Shown: positions 27,858 through 38,329 of the stretch, piece by piece | Position numbering within the stretch: the first letter of the stretch is position 1 | How the letters are laid out: the number at the start of each line of letters is the position of its first letter | Assembly: GCA_963664875.1 (NCBI GenBank) | Contig: OY761611.1 | Span: 1,184,001-1,248,000, forward strand | Direction: 5' to 3' | Source: Candidatus Kapaibacterium sp. | GTDB lineage: Bacteria > Bacteroidota > Ignavibacteria > Kapaibacteriales > UBA2268 | Length of the DNA: 64,000 bases | Program-made: the position numbers and the translations under genes | Notes under the pieces: generated by a model | The model's input: only the letters and a program-made list of their open reading frames with translations | The model's database searches: none | Told to the model about the DNA's origin: nothing

Positions 27858-30800
27858 TTATTTACCTTCATACCAAGGAGCGCCGGCTGCATCTAAAGCT
27901 TTTGCTACTTTGGAGATTTGAGTAGATTCTAATTGTGCTAACTGAGATTTTATTTCTTTAAGTTGTTTTTCTGCTACTTTGTAAGAATCTTTGCTTGTAG
28001 TAGTTGGTGTAGCAGTTGAGTACCACACTGACCACATGATATCGTCTAATCTCTCTTTGATAGAAGCAGTTTGGTTTCCATTTCTATTTTTGATAGAGTT
28101 ATTGCCTGAAAGTACTACATCAATATCATCTAATTTGTATTGTATCGCTCTGATATCTTCCAAGATTTTAGCTTCAACACCTGCTGTTTTGAGCACTGCA
28201 TTTTTCATTGCTTTTACTTTGTCGTTTGCTTCCGCTAATACTTTATCAAATCCGAATACTTCCTGCTGCAAAGATTGGATAGTGCGTCTGAAAGCAATAT
28301 TTTCTTTGTATTCAGTTTCAGGAGTGCCATAATTTGCAAGCAATTTGACATTGATTTCCGCAGCTGAAGCAAGATCATTTACTTTGCCGTCAATTACTTC
28401 TTTCATTGAAACTGTATATTTACCCGGAAGAACCAAAGCGTGCACACCTTCAATGCTGTTAGGATCAGTTTTTGAAGTGATTGGAGATGCATCTGCGTAT
28501 TTTAAGTCCCAAACAACTCTATTTAGACCTGCTTTGTATGGAGCTTTTATATTGCGAATGTGATTGCCTTGATCGTCTGATATTGAGAATAGCAAGTATG
28601 CAGATTCTTCCAAATCCTCAGCTCTAAGCTCGTCAAAGCTTGGGTATTTCAATTTTTCACCATCTTTAAGTTTGCCTTCTGCATCTTTGCGTAGAGCTTT
28701 TTTAGATTTTGGAGCTTCATTGATATAATAAGTTATCTCAGCACCAAATGGTGGATTATCAGCTTTGTAGAAAGTGTCACCGTGCCAGTTTTTGCCTTTT
28801 GTAGTGTTTGGAATATACAAGGCTGCATCTCTGACAGGTAAAATTTCTGCTTTCTTTTCGTTTTTGATAATATCTGTTTTGCGTAAAGGAGAGTAATCAT
28901 CTAAGACGTAAATACCTCTACCAAAAGTAGCGAGAACAAGGTCGTTTTCTCTTCTTTGTATTTCAATATCTCTTACAGAAATAGTAGGAATACCTGCTTT
29001 CAGCTGAATCCACTCTTTGCCGCCGTCAGCAGTGAAGTAGATACCTTTTTCTGTACCTGCAAAAAGCAAGTTTTTATCAACATGATCTTGAATCAAGGCG
29101 TGAACTGTTTGGTCTTGCGGCAAGTTTGCAGCAATAGAAGTCCAAGTCTTGCCTTTGTCATTACTTTTTAGCACGTAAGGTTTAAAATCACCACGTTTAC
29201 GGTTGTCGAAGCTAATATAAACTGTGTTTTCGTCAAACAAGTCAGCTACAACATCAGATACATAAGTATTTGCCGGAACACCCGGGAACGAAGAGTATTT
29301 AGTCCATGAGCCACCGTCATTATCAGAAACCTGAAGCAAACCATCATCTGTACCAACATATAAAAGACCGGCTTTTACAGGAGATTCATCAAGAGAAACA
29401 ATGTTTCCATAGAGAGAAGTCGAGCCGTTTTTTGCCACTGCTTCAGAATGCCACACTTTACCCATTACTTCTAACTGATTTCTGTCAATCTGAGCAGTCA
29501 AATCTTCGCTTACTTTATTCCAAGTAGTACCGCGATCCGTTGATTTGAAAAGTTTATTTGCAGCAAAGTAAAGTGTTTTGTTGTCATGCGGACTAATTAG
29601 AATAGGTGCATTCCAATTCCAACGAAGTTCTTCTCCTTCTTCCGGCATTGGTTTAATGCTTGTGATTTCACCATTTAATCTATTATAGCGAACCAAACCG
29701 CCATATTGCGATTGAGCATAAGCTGTGTTTGGATCTTTGGGATCACAAGCGGGTTCGAATCCATCGCCACCAACAGGGAAAGACCAATCCTGATTCATAA
29801 TTCCGGCTTCCCATGCTGTTCTGCTTGGTCCGGCTAAAGTGTTATTATCCTGAGTACCGGCATAAACGTTATAAAACGGTTTGTCATAGTCAACAGCTAC
29901 TCTATAGAACTGAATAGTAGGCAAGTTTTCAAAAAATCTCCAAGTTGCACCTCTGTCATAAGATTCATAAACACCACCATCGCCACCGATTAAAAGGTGT
30001 TGAGTGTTACATGGATTAATCCAAAGAGCGTGATCATCTACGTGACGATTGCTAACAGGCAAAACATTGAATGTTTTACCACCGTCAATAGAGTATCTTG
30101 TGTATGTTTCAGGAAGATAAACCACATCCGGATCTTTCGGATCAGCTACTAACTCCTGATAGTACTGAGCGGAAGAAGTTTTGTGATTGTTCATTTTATT
30201 CCATGAAGCACCTCTATCTGTAGATTTATATAGTCCACCTACTTCACCGTCAGCTTCTACAATAGCATATACAACATCAGGATTTGCCGGTGAAACTGCA
30301 ATTCCAATTCTGCCTAATTCACCACCGGGGAAGCCATTAGAAAGTTTGTTCCATGTTTTGCCTGCATCTGTGGATTTATATAATGCAGATTCAGGACCAC
30401 CATTTATCAAAGTAAAAACATGTCTTCTTCTTTGGTATGCAACTGCATAAATGACATCAGGATTGCGAGGATCAAAATCTATATCAGAAACGCCTGTGTT
30501 TTCACTGATTTCAAGGATATTATTCCAAGTCACGCCACCGTCGGTAGTTTTGAACAAGCCTCTTTCGCCGCCTGCATTCCAAAGTGGGCCTTGAGAAGCC
30601 ACATAGACTACGTCAGAGTTACGAGGGTCGATTAACATATCACCAATATGCTCAGACTTTTTCAATCCCATGTTTTTCCAAGTCTTACCTCCGTCGCATG
30701 ATTTATAAACACCATCACCGTAAGACACAGCTCTCTGAGAGTTATTTTCTCCGGAGCCTACCCATACAACATTATGGTTGTTAGGATCTATCCTTACAGT

Positions 30801-31085
30801 AGCGATTGAGTAAGAGTTTTCGTTGTCAAACACAGGGGTAAAAGTTGTTCCTTTGTTTGTAGTTTTCCAGACACCTCCGGAAGCAAAAGCAACGTAGAAA
30901 GTATTGAAATCTTTGGGGTGAACAGCAAAGTCGATAACTCTGCCTGAAGTTTGAGCAGGACCTATACTTCTAAATTTTAGTCCTGAAAGAGTAGATGAGT
31001 TCAATTTACTTTTGTTTTCTTCTGCAATTGATGAAGCTGCAGAAAATAAAAAAAGTAAAAGGAACAGCTTTGCAAATTGTTTCAT
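27858..31085 (-). CDS. Secreted VPS10/sortilin-like BNR (Asp-box) repeat protein, putative glycosyl hydrolase
   Basis: Signal peptide MKQFAKLFLLLFLFSAA; FRSIGPA..SGRV; many S/T-x-D-x-G-x-T-W Asp boxes; start could instead be 31100 or 31112. Confidence 0.85.
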   Translation of the reverse strand: MKQFAKLFLLLFLFSAASSIAEENKSKLNSSTLSGLKFRSIGPAQTSGRVIDFAVHPKDFNTFYVAFASGGVWKTTNKGTTFTPVFDNENSYSIATVRIDPNNHNVVWVGSGENNSQRAVSYGDGVYKSCDGGKTWKNMGLKKSEHIGDMLIDPRNSDVVYVASQGPLWNAGGERGLFKTTDGGVTWNNILEISENTGVSDIDFDPRNPDVIYAVAYQRRRHVFTLINGGPESALYKSTDAGKTWNKLSNGFPGGELGRIGIAVSPANPDVVYAIVEADGEVGGLYKSTDRGASWNKMNNHKTSSAQYYQELVADPKDPDVVYLPETYTRYSIDGGKTFNVLPVSNRHVDDHALWINPCNTQHLLIGGDGGVYESYDRGATWRFFENLPTIQFYRVAVDYDKPFYNVYAGTQDNNTLAGPSRTAWEAGIMNQDWSFPVGGDGFEPACDPKDPNTAYAQSQYGGLVRYNRLNGEITSIKPMPEEGEELRWNWNAPILISPHDNKTLYFAANKLFKSTDRGTTWNKVSEDLTAQIDRNQLEVMGKVWHSEAVAKNGSTSLYGNIVSLDESPVKAGLLYVGTDDGLLQVSDNDGGSWTKYSSFPGVPANTYVSDVVADLFDENTVYISFDNRKRGDFKPYVLKSNDKGKTWTSIAANLPQDQTVHALIQDHVDKNLLFAGTEKGIYFTADGGKEWIQLKAGIPTISVRDIEIQRRENDLVLATFGRGIYVLDDYSPLRKTDIIKNEKKAEILPVRDAALYIPNTTKGKNWHGDTFYKADNPPFGAEITYYINEAPKSKKALRKDAEGKLKDGEKLKYPSFDELRAEDLEESAYLLFSISDDQGNHIRNIKAPYKAGLNRVVWDLKYADASPITSKTDPNSIEGVHALVLPGKYTVSMKEVIDGKVNDLASAAEINVKLLANYGTPETEYKENIAFRRTIQSLQQEVFGFDKVLAEANDKVKAMKNAVLKTAGVEAKILEDIRAIQYKLDDIDVVLSGNNSIKNRNGNQTASIKERLDDIMWSVWYSTATPTTTSKDSYKVAEKQLKEIKSQLAQLESTQISKVAKALDAAGAPWYEGK

Positions 31086-31162
31086 TTTACTTTGATCCAT
31101 TATGTAATGCACTAAAAATATATTCTAAAATAAGCTTTTTTTGTCATATTATATAAGTCGTA

Positions 31163-31170
31163 CAAATTTA
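31163..31170 (-). promoter_or_regulatory. Bacteroidota-type -7 promoter element for the VPS10/BNR gene
   Basis: Minus strand TAAATTTG about 50-80 nt upstream of the candidate starts. Confidence 0.45.
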
Positions 31171-31262
31171 GTCGTCTTATTTGTATATTTGTTGTAAATG
31201 GAAGATAAGAGTGGATTTTGGGAAGGAAGTTTTAGAGTTCTTGATTATTGAAATAACAATTG

Positions 31263-31603
31263 AGGTTGTCTAATAAATTCAATACTGGATGCTAAATACA
31301 TGTAGTGGTATTTTTCCACCCCGTCATGCTTCGCATGCCACCCTACTTCGACTCGCTGTGCTCGCTCAGCACATCGCTCAGGAGGGGAATTTTAACTTCT
31401 TTACATAAATAAGAGTTAAAGTATTTAATAGTGTATTTAATTCCCCTTCTTGGGAAGCGACGTACTGAGCTTGCCGAAGTAAAGGGATGCCCGAAGGGCG
31501 GGGTAGTCGAATTAGGTAGATTCTTTAAGAAATCATATTTTTTGAACTATCTACAAAGCATAATCTATAAACTTATTTCAAACCCAATCTTATGAAGTAG
31601 CTT
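31263..31603. mobile_element. Degenerate MITE-like element enclosing a GC-rich nested inverted repeat (arms 31316-31391 and 31439-31507)
   Basis: Ends aggttgtctaataaatt / atcttatgaagtagctt resemble the TIRs of copies A and B; arms ccaccccg...ggaggggaatt and aattcccc...cggggtagt. Confidence 0.6.
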
Positions 31604-31713
31604 ATGTGCAATATAATTATTGGGTCTTCTACCTCTTATACAAATAATTAAATTCTCGCTCCTCTAATCTTCCATCATAAAATATATTAGAATACTAAGA
31701 TTCTTATTCAAGT

Positions 31714-32796
31714 ATGCAAAAAAAATACTTTATAATAGCAGGTGACCCATCGGGTGATATTCATGCAGCAAAGCTCATAAAGGCTATGAAAGCAAAAGAG
31801 CCGGATGTTGAGTTCCATGGTATCGGCGGTCGTGAGATGGAAGCTCTCGGCTTTGAGTCCATAATTCCGCAGAAAGATATTTCCGTGGTAGGCTTCTGGG
31901 AAGTAGCAAAGAAATACGGAATGTTCCGCAAACTGATCAATAAAGTTCAAGAAGAGCTGAAGACAGGTCAATTCACGGCGTTTATTCCTGTGGATTACCC
32001 GGGCTTTAATATGAAGATAGCAGGATTTGCTAAAACGATTGGGCTTCAGGTCTTTTATTATATAGCTCCGCAGCTCTGGGCTTGGGGAAGCAACAGAGCC
32101 GAAAAGCTTGCTGCTTCAGTAGATAAATTGATAGTTGTTTTTCCTTTTGAAGTTGAATTTTTTAAACAATATGGCATAGAAACATATTTTTGTGGACATC
32201 CGCTTTTAGATGAACCGATTTTTCATGACAAGGGTATATCAAAAGAGAACATAGTTGCTCTTCTACCCGGTAGCAGGCAGCAGGAAATTGGCAGAAATCT
32301 ACCTGTGATGATAGATTCAGCCCGTGAGTTCCAAAAGAAAAACAAAGACTTTAAGATAGCTGTAGCAAAAGCAGGCAATGTTAGCTTAGATAGATTTCTA
32401 TCAAATGATATTGATATATATGCTAACTCAAGAGAATTGATGAAAAAAGCCAAAGTCGGAATAGTTAAAACCGGCACTTCTACTTTAGAAGCGGCACTTT
32501 GCGATATGCCTTTCCTGATGATATATAAGACCTCTCCCCTGACTTATTACATGGGAAGAAGGCTTATAAATTTAGATTATATATCATTAGTAAACATTTT
32601 GCTGAAACGGCATACAATCAAAGAGTTGTTCCAAGGTGAGGCAAATAAATACTCTATATCAAAAGAGTTGGATATACTCGCAAAAGACGAAGCAAAATAT
32701 AGGCATTTGTTAGAAGAATTTGACTTAGTCCGTGAGACTTTAGGCGGGATAGGTGCATCAGAAAAAGCAGCTGAATTAATACTTGGGTTTGACTAA
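31714..32796 (+). CDS. lpxB: Lipid-A-disaccharide synthase
   Basis: IAGDPSGDIHA, VDYPGFN, YIAPQLWAW, GHPL, LLPGSRQQEI, GTSTLEAAL. Confidence 0.95.
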   Translation: MQKKYFIIAGDPSGDIHAAKLIKAMKAKEPDVEFHGIGGREMEALGFESIIPQKDISVVGFWEVAKKYGMFRKLINKVQEELKTGQFTAFIPVDYPGFNMKIAGFAKTIGLQVFYYIAPQLWAWGSNRAEKLAASVDKLIVVFPFEVEFFKQYGIETYFCGHPLLDEPIFHDKGISKENIVALLPGSRQQEIGRNLPVMIDSAREFQKKNKDFKIAVAKAGNVSLDRFLSNDIDIYANSRELMKKAKVGIVKTGTSTLEAALCDMPFLMIYKTSPLTYYMGRRLINLDYISLVNILLKRHTIKELFQGEANKYSISKELDILAKDEAKYRHLLEEFDLVRETLGGIGASEKAAELILGFD

Positions 32797-33392
32797 TGAA
32801 TCTTAAAGCAAGCGAGAAAATATTGATATGGTTGATGAACTCTGTAAGTAAGACATGGAGAATCAAATTTGAAGGTGATTTCCCCGAGTCGCCTGCAGTT
32901 ATAGCATTTTGGCATGGAGAGATGCTCCCTTGCTGGAAAGTTTTCGGGAAATATTCTCCCAGAGCAGTCGTAAGTCAAAGTAAAGACGGAGAAATTCTTA
33001 CAGCATTATTGAATAAATGGGGATTTGAAGTGTTACGAGGCTCCTCCTCAAAAGGCGGCAGAGAAGTCCTCGAAATGATGACAGAAAATGCAAAAGATAG
33101 ATTTTTGCTTATAACTCCTGACGGTCCGAGAGGTCCCATATATAAATTTAAGGCAGGAGCAATTATTGCAGCCCAAAGAGCAGAAGTTCCCTTAGTACTC
33201 TGCAGAGCAAAAATAGGCGCTAAGTTCATTTTCAAAAAAAGCTGGGATAAATTTCAATTCCCATTACCATTTTCTTCAATAAAAATTTGCTTTTCACAAA
33301 AATTCTATATAAATAACAGCTTAGACAGAAAAGAAACGGAAGATTATATTTTAGGTATTGAATCAGAATTAAATTCGATGTTGAATGATTAG
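32796..33392 (+). CDS. DUF374 / lysophospholipid acyltransferase family protein
   Basis: AFWHG, SQSKDGEI, RGSSSKGG, ITPDGPRGP, SWDKFQFPLPFS. Confidence 0.85.
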   Translation: MNLKASEKILIWLMNSVSKTWRIKFEGDFPESPAVIAFWHGEMLPCWKVFGKYSPRAVVSQSKDGEILTALLNKWGFEVLRGSSSKGGREVLEMMTENAKDRFLLITPDGPRGPIYKFKAGAIIAAQRAEVPLVLCRAKIGAKFIFKKSWDKFQFPLPFSSIKICFSQKFYINNSLDRKETEDYILGIESELNSMLND

Positions 33393-33407
33393 TAATTTAG
33401 GTACAAA

Positions 33408-34433
33408 ATGATCAAAAAATTCGCTTCTAAAATTTTTGGCAAAGCGGTTGAAATAAGAAACAGCAGATACGACAACCAAAATAACGAAACAGTAAAAGCA
33501 AACTGCCCTGTTATCAGTGTAGGTAATCTATCTGTGGGCGGTACAGGAAAGACTCCTTTTGTTCAAATGCTTACGGGCACTCTTATCAAACTCGGAAGGA
33601 AACCAGCCATCATTGGCAGAGGTTATAACAGAGAATCAAAAGGCGAAATCGTGGTCTGCGATGGCAAAGACGTACTTGCAAACGCAGAGGAAGCCGGAGA
33701 CGAGATGCTCATGCTTGCAGAATCACTTCGTGTACCGGTTGTAGCACATGACAGCAAATCAGATGCAGCTAAGGATATCCATGAGAAGTTTGATATAGAT
33801 TCTATAATTGTAGATGACGGATTTCAGCACCGCCGACTTGAAAGGGATTTGGATATAGTTATCATTGACAAGGATACAGCCGAAAAGCCATATCTCATGC
33901 CTGAAGGCAGACTAAGAGAACCTTTGACTTCCCTACAAAGGGCTGATGTAATTTGCTACACCGGACTTATAGCAAATAAAGAAGATATCAAAAAGCATAT
34001 AAGAGAAGATGCTTTAGAAATATCAATTTGTCCTAAGCAGTCATTTCCATATCGACTAATCAATAACAAACCTGTAGTCGAACAGGAATTTCATGCGATA
34101 AGAGAAAAAAGCTTAATTTTTTCCGGCATTGCAAACCCGGATAGATTCAAAAATATGCTTGAATCTATGAAATACAGTGTAGTAGAGCATATAGCCTTTG
34201 AGGATCATCACAAATATACCGAATCTGATATAGAAAGGCTGATTGAAAAAGCCAAAGAATACGACATTAAGAATCTGCTTACAACTGAAAAAGATGCAGC
34301 TAAAATTAAAAAATATGCCGTAAAAATAGCTGAGTCAGGAATCATGTTTTATGTTATTCCTGTCAAAATCCAAATCACAGAAGGCAAAGAGCAATTTATT
34401 GAGCTATTAAAACAAGTTTTACTTATTGAGTAA
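33408..34433 (+). CDS. lpxK: Tetraacyldisaccharide 4'-kinase
   Basis: VISVGNLSVGGTGKTP, RGY, GDE, DDGFQH, PEGRLREP, SGIANP, LTTEKD. Confidence 0.95.
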   Translation: MIKKFASKIFGKAVEIRNSRYDNQNNETVKANCPVISVGNLSVGGTGKTPFVQMLTGTLIKLGRKPAIIGRGYNRESKGEIVVCDGKDVLANAEEAGDEMLMLAESLRVPVVAHDSKSDAAKDIHEKFDIDSIIVDDGFQHRRLERDLDIVIIDKDTAEKPYLMPEGRLREPLTSLQRADVICYTGLIANKEDIKKHIREDALEISICPKQSFPYRLINNKPVVEQEFHAIREKSLIFSGIANPDRFKNMLESMKYSVVEHIAFEDHHKYTESDIERLIEKAKEYDIKNLLTTEKDAAKIKKYAVKIAESGIMFYVIPVKIQITEGKEQFIELLKQVLLIE

Positions 34434-34435
34434 TA

Positions 34436-35215
34436 ATGATGAAGAAGATATTTTTGCTGATGTTTATGAGTTTCTTGATTTTTGCCTGCAGCAAAGAAGA
34501 AAAACTCAAAATTGCAATTTCTAAGGCAAAAGGGAGCGAGCATTATGAAAATTACTCTAAGTGGCTATCTAAAGTTGAGCCAAACGCAGAGTATATAGAT
34601 TTATATTTTATTGATAGAGATGAAGCGTTAAAGATTCTAAAAGAATGTGACGGATTGCTACTTTCCGGAGGGCCGGATTTGCATCCCGTTTATTTTGGCA
34701 AAGAATCCGACAGTGCAAGATGTGAAATTGATTTAGTGAGAGATACTCTCGAATTGTCACTTATCAAAGAAGCTATGGCCATGAACCTGCCTATATTGGG
34801 CATTTGCAGAGGTGAGCAAATTTTGAATGTTGCTCTGGGTGGGTCTCTTATTATAGATATTCCCTGCGACTACCCTGATGCAATCATTCATCAGACACCA
34901 AATCCTGACAGTTGCTATCATGGTATAAATCTTGTCCAAGGAACTTATTTACAAAGTATAAGCGGAGCGATGCAGGGAGAAGTAAACTCGAACCACCACC
35001 AAGCTGTAGATAGATTGGCTGATGGACTTGTGGCGAGTGCCTACAGTGCCGATGGCATAATTGAAGCATTTGAATGGCACGACAACAATACAAAACCTTT
35101 TATGTTGGCTGTGCAGTGGCATCCTGAGCGATTAGAGTTATCAAATCCGCTTTCCAAACCAATTGCCGAGGCATTCCTAAAAGCAAGCAAAGAATATGAT
35201 ATGAAACAAAAATGA
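34436..35215 (+). CDS. Peptidase C26 / gamma-glutamyl-GABA hydrolase-like class I glutamine amidotransferase, predicted lipoprotein
   Basis: GLLLSGGPD, LGICRG (nucleophile Cys), NSNHHQA, VQWHPE; N-terminal lipobox LIFAC. Confidence 0.85.
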   Translation: MMKKIFLLMFMSFLIFACSKEEKLKIAISKAKGSEHYENYSKWLSKVEPNAEYIDLYFIDRDEALKILKECDGLLLSGGPDLHPVYFGKESDSARCEIDLVRDTLELSLIKEAMAMNLPILGICRGEQILNVALGGSLIIDIPCDYPDAIIHQTPNPDSCYHGINLVQGTYLQSISGAMQGEVNSNHHQAVDRLADGLVASAYSADGIIEAFEWHDNNTKPFMLAVQWHPERLELSNPLSKPIAEAFLKASKEYDMKQK

Positions 35216-35317
35216 TACAGAAAACAAAAGGCGTCTTAGGATAGCCTTTTTTTTATTTGACAATAGGATTATCTTTATTAAGTTGTTTTCTTTAATAACA
35301 GTAATTACGGAGACAAG

Positions 35318-36481
35318 ATGCAAGTTCCTTTACTCGACCTAAGAGCTCAATATCAAACATTAAAATCTGAAATTGAACCGGTACTCCTCAAAATTGCAGA
35401 ATCTCAAATGCTCATTTTGGGCGAAGAAGTAAATAAATTAGAAGCAACATTAGCAGAATATTGTGACTGCAAGTATGCGATAGGTGTTTCAAGCGGCACA
35501 GATGCCTTGCTTTGTGCTTTGATGGCAATAGATATTCAACCCGGAGACGAAGTTATATTACCTACATATTCATTTTTTGCTACTGCGGGAGTAGTCTCAA
35601 GAATGAATGCAACACCTGTATTTGTAGATGTTGATCCGGTTACAAATAATATAGACCCTAAGCTAATCAAAGCTGCAATTACAGCTAAAACTAAAGCAAT
35701 TATACCTGTTCATCTCTATGGTCAGTCAGCTGACATGGATGAGATATTAGAAATAGCCTGCAGCAATAATCTTGTAGTTATAGAAGATTGCGCTCAGGCG
35801 ATAGGTGCACAGTACCAAAATGGTAAAAAAGTTGGCTCTATGGGTTTGATAGGCTGCTATTCATTCTATCCTACGAAGAATCTTGGTGGTTTTGGCGATG
35901 GTGGATTAGTAGTAACAAACGATGAAGAAATGGCTATAAAACTACGCCAAATGCGAAATCATGGTATGGAACCAAAATACCACCACAAATTTGTTGGTGG
36001 TAATTTCCGATTAGATGCTTTGCAGGCTGCAGTTCTAAATGTTAAGTACCCTCATTTAGAATCATGGCATCAGGCGAGAAGAAACAATGCCAACTTATAC
36101 ACAAAACTATTTGTCGAAGCCGGCATCGCACAAGGCGAAGGCTTCCTGCAATATGATGAAGAAAACAAAGTACTACTACCTAAAGCTGTCTATAAGTCTT
36201 CCGGTCACACTAATTATCACATATATAATCAATATTGTATAAGAGTGCAAAATCGTGACGCAGTAAGAGCATTTTTAGGAGAAAACCAAATAGGTTCAGA
36301 AATTTACTATCCGGTACCTTTCCACAGACAGGAATGTTTTGCAAACTTGGGTTGCATCGATGCAGATTATCCGGTTTCTAATCAGATAAGCGAAGAGACA
36401 ATAGCACTTCCTATTTATCCGGAACTTGCTGCTGAGCAAATAGCTTTCGTGGTTGAAAAAATAGCAGAATTTTTGAAATAA
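35318..36481 (+). CDS. DegT/DnrJ/EryC1/StrS family sugar aminotransferase
   Basis: SSGTDAL, PVHLYGQ, IEDCAQAIG, SFYPTKNLGGFGDGG. Confidence 0.92.
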   Translation: MQVPLLDLRAQYQTLKSEIEPVLLKIAESQMLILGEEVNKLEATLAEYCDCKYAIGVSSGTDALLCALMAIDIQPGDEVILPTYSFFATAGVVSRMNATPVFVDVDPVTNNIDPKLIKAAITAKTKAIIPVHLYGQSADMDEILEIACSNNLVVIEDCAQAIGAQYQNGKKVGSMGLIGCYSFYPTKNLGGFGDGGLVVTNDEEMAIKLRQMRNHGMEPKYHHKFVGGNFRLDALQAAVLNVKYPHLESWHQARRNNANLYTKLFVEAGIAQGEGFLQYDEENKVLLPKAVYKSSGHTNYHIYNQYCIRVQNRDAVRAFLGENQIGSEIYYPVPFHRQECFANLGCIDADYPVSNQISEETIALPIYPELAAEQIAFVVEKIAEFLK

Positions 36482-36499
36482 TAATGACTAAGTTAATAC

Positions 36500-36533
36500 A
36501 AAAAACCCGAAGTTTTATGCTTCGGGTTTTTTT
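36500..36533. terminator. Bidirectional intrinsic terminator
   Basis: aaaaaacccgaag-ttttatg-cttcgggttttttt between convergent genes. Confidence 0.85.
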
Positions 36534-36538
36534 AAATT

Positions 36539-38323
36539 TTATGTTTTTGGAATAGAAAATTTGAAGTCGGAACCTTTACCATAATCACTTTCAACCCAAA
36601 TTCTTCCGCCGTGTTTTTCGACAAATTCTTTACAAATAATGAGACCTAAGCCTGTACCTTTTTCTTTAGAAGTACCAATAGTAGTATGATGGACATCTAT
36701 ACGGAAAAGTTTTTCTAAATCTTCCTCTCTTATGCCTACGCCTGTGTCACTGATGGCAAAGACATATTGGTCATGTTCTTCTTTGTATGTAAAAGAGACA
36801 GATCCGCCTGAATCAGTAAATTTAAGGGCATTAAATGAAAGATTTCTTACGATAGTAGATATCATATTTCTATCTACACGAAGGAATATATCCGGATTTA
36901 TCTTGTTTTTCAATGTAATAGACTTTTTGGCAGCACTTACTTCACACAAATCTTCGATTTCAGCAAATATTTCATATATATTTATGGATTCAGGTCTGAA
37001 TTCGATGCCACCGGATTGAGTTCTTGCCCAAGTAAGCAAATTATCTAATAAATCACGTAATGAAACAATCGTTTGATTGAGAGAAACCAAATATTTTTCC
37101 ATCTTTTCTTTATCATCTCGCTTCATATACAGCGATAGTAAATCAGAAGAAAAGAGCAACAGTTGCAGAGGATTTTTCAAATCATGTGCAATGATATTGA
37201 AGAATTTATCTTTGGCTGCATTGGCTTCTTTCAGTTTATACTCTGATTCGAGGAGCAATTCATTTAAACTTTGGAGCTTTGCAGATTCATTAGCAATTTG
37301 TGCATTCAGTTTCTGAAGCTCGTCATTCGACTCTTTAAGCTCTTCTTGTACTCTTCTTCTTTCTTCATTTTCGTATTTTAATTCTTCCATGGCGTCTTGC
37401 AACTGAGCCGTCCTCTCTACAACTCTCTCTTCGAGCTCTTCATTTAGCAATTTGATTTTTTCTTCGTTTCTTTTACGCTCAGTAATATCGACCACGATGC
37501 CTCGAAATCCTTCATGTATATTATCTTTAATAATTGGCATTGTGTAAATAATTACCGGAACTTTTTCACCGTTTTTGGTTATAAGAGTATATTCATTAAA
37601 ATGATGCGTACCGTTATTCTGCACAAGATTTTTCAATTCAATTTTAGCTTTTTCTCTTTCTTCATCTGAGAAAAGATCAAATACGTTTAAACCTTTTTTA
37701 ATATCGTATTGGTCATAGCCGGAAAGAGCAAACCCTTGTTTATTGGAGTAAGTGAAATTAGCTTGCGCATCAGTTTCAAAAACAGTCTGAGGGAGTAAGT
37801 CTGCTAAATCTCTAAATTTCTGCTCGCTTTTACGCAAATCCTCTTCAGTTTTTTTCCTAACGGTAATTTCTTTTTGTAGCTCTCTGGTTCTGATATATAC
37901 AAGCTCTTCGAGGTGAAGTTTATATTGCTCTAATTCAGTTTCAGCATTTTTTCTTTTAAGTGCATTTTCCACTGTAATTGGAAGAGTCTGCAGATGCTTG
38001 CCGTTTGTATCTTTGATAAGATAATCATAGGCTCCCTGTTTCATAGCTTTGACAGCGACTTCCTGATCGCCAAGTCCCGTAACAACAATAAACGGAATAC
38101 CTCCCATATATTCAAAAAGATCAAAGGCGGTTCCGTCGCCGAGGTTAAAATCAGTAACTACAACGTCAAACTCTTTGCTGTTAAGAATAGAAATTGCGTT
38201 ATCTACAGAGTCAGCAGTTTCATATTCATAAGGCAAATTATTTGCTTTTACAAATCGCTTAAAAGCCATTCTGTCAATAGTATCATCATCGACAAAAAGG
38301 AGTCTTATGTTATCTTTGTTCAT
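36539..38323 (-). CDS. Hybrid sensor kinase REC-PAS-HisKA-HATPase
   Basis: LLFVDDD, VVTDFNL; PAS/PAC GIVVDITERK; IIAHDLKNP; NALKFT, DTGVGI, GTGLGL. Confidence 0.9.
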   Translation of the reverse strand: MNKDNIRLLFVDDDTIDRMAFKRFVKANNLPYEYETADSVDNAISILNSKEFDVVVTDFNLGDGTAFDLFEYMGGIPFIVVTGLGDQEVAVKAMKQGAYDYLIKDTNGKHLQTLPITVENALKRKNAETELEQYKLHLEELVYIRTRELQKEITVRKKTEEDLRKSEQKFRDLADLLPQTVFETDAQANFTYSNKQGFALSGYDQYDIKKGLNVFDLFSDEEREKAKIELKNLVQNNGTHHFNEYTLITKNGEKVPVIIYTMPIIKDNIHEGFRGIVVDITERKRNEEKIKLLNEELEERVVERTAQLQDAMEELKYENEERRRVQEELKESNDELQKLNAQIANESAKLQSLNELLLESEYKLKEANAAKDKFFNIIAHDLKNPLQLLLFSSDLLSLYMKRDDKEKMEKYLVSLNQTIVSLRDLLDNLLTWARTQSGGIEFRPESINIYEIFAEIEDLCEVSAAKKSITLKNKINPDIFLRVDRNMISTIVRNLSFNALKFTDSGGSVSFTYKEEHDQYVFAISDTGVGIREEDLEKLFRIDVHHTTIGTSKEKGTGLGLIICKEFVEKHGGRIWVESDYGKGSDFKFSIPKT

Positions 38324-38329
38324 ATAGTT

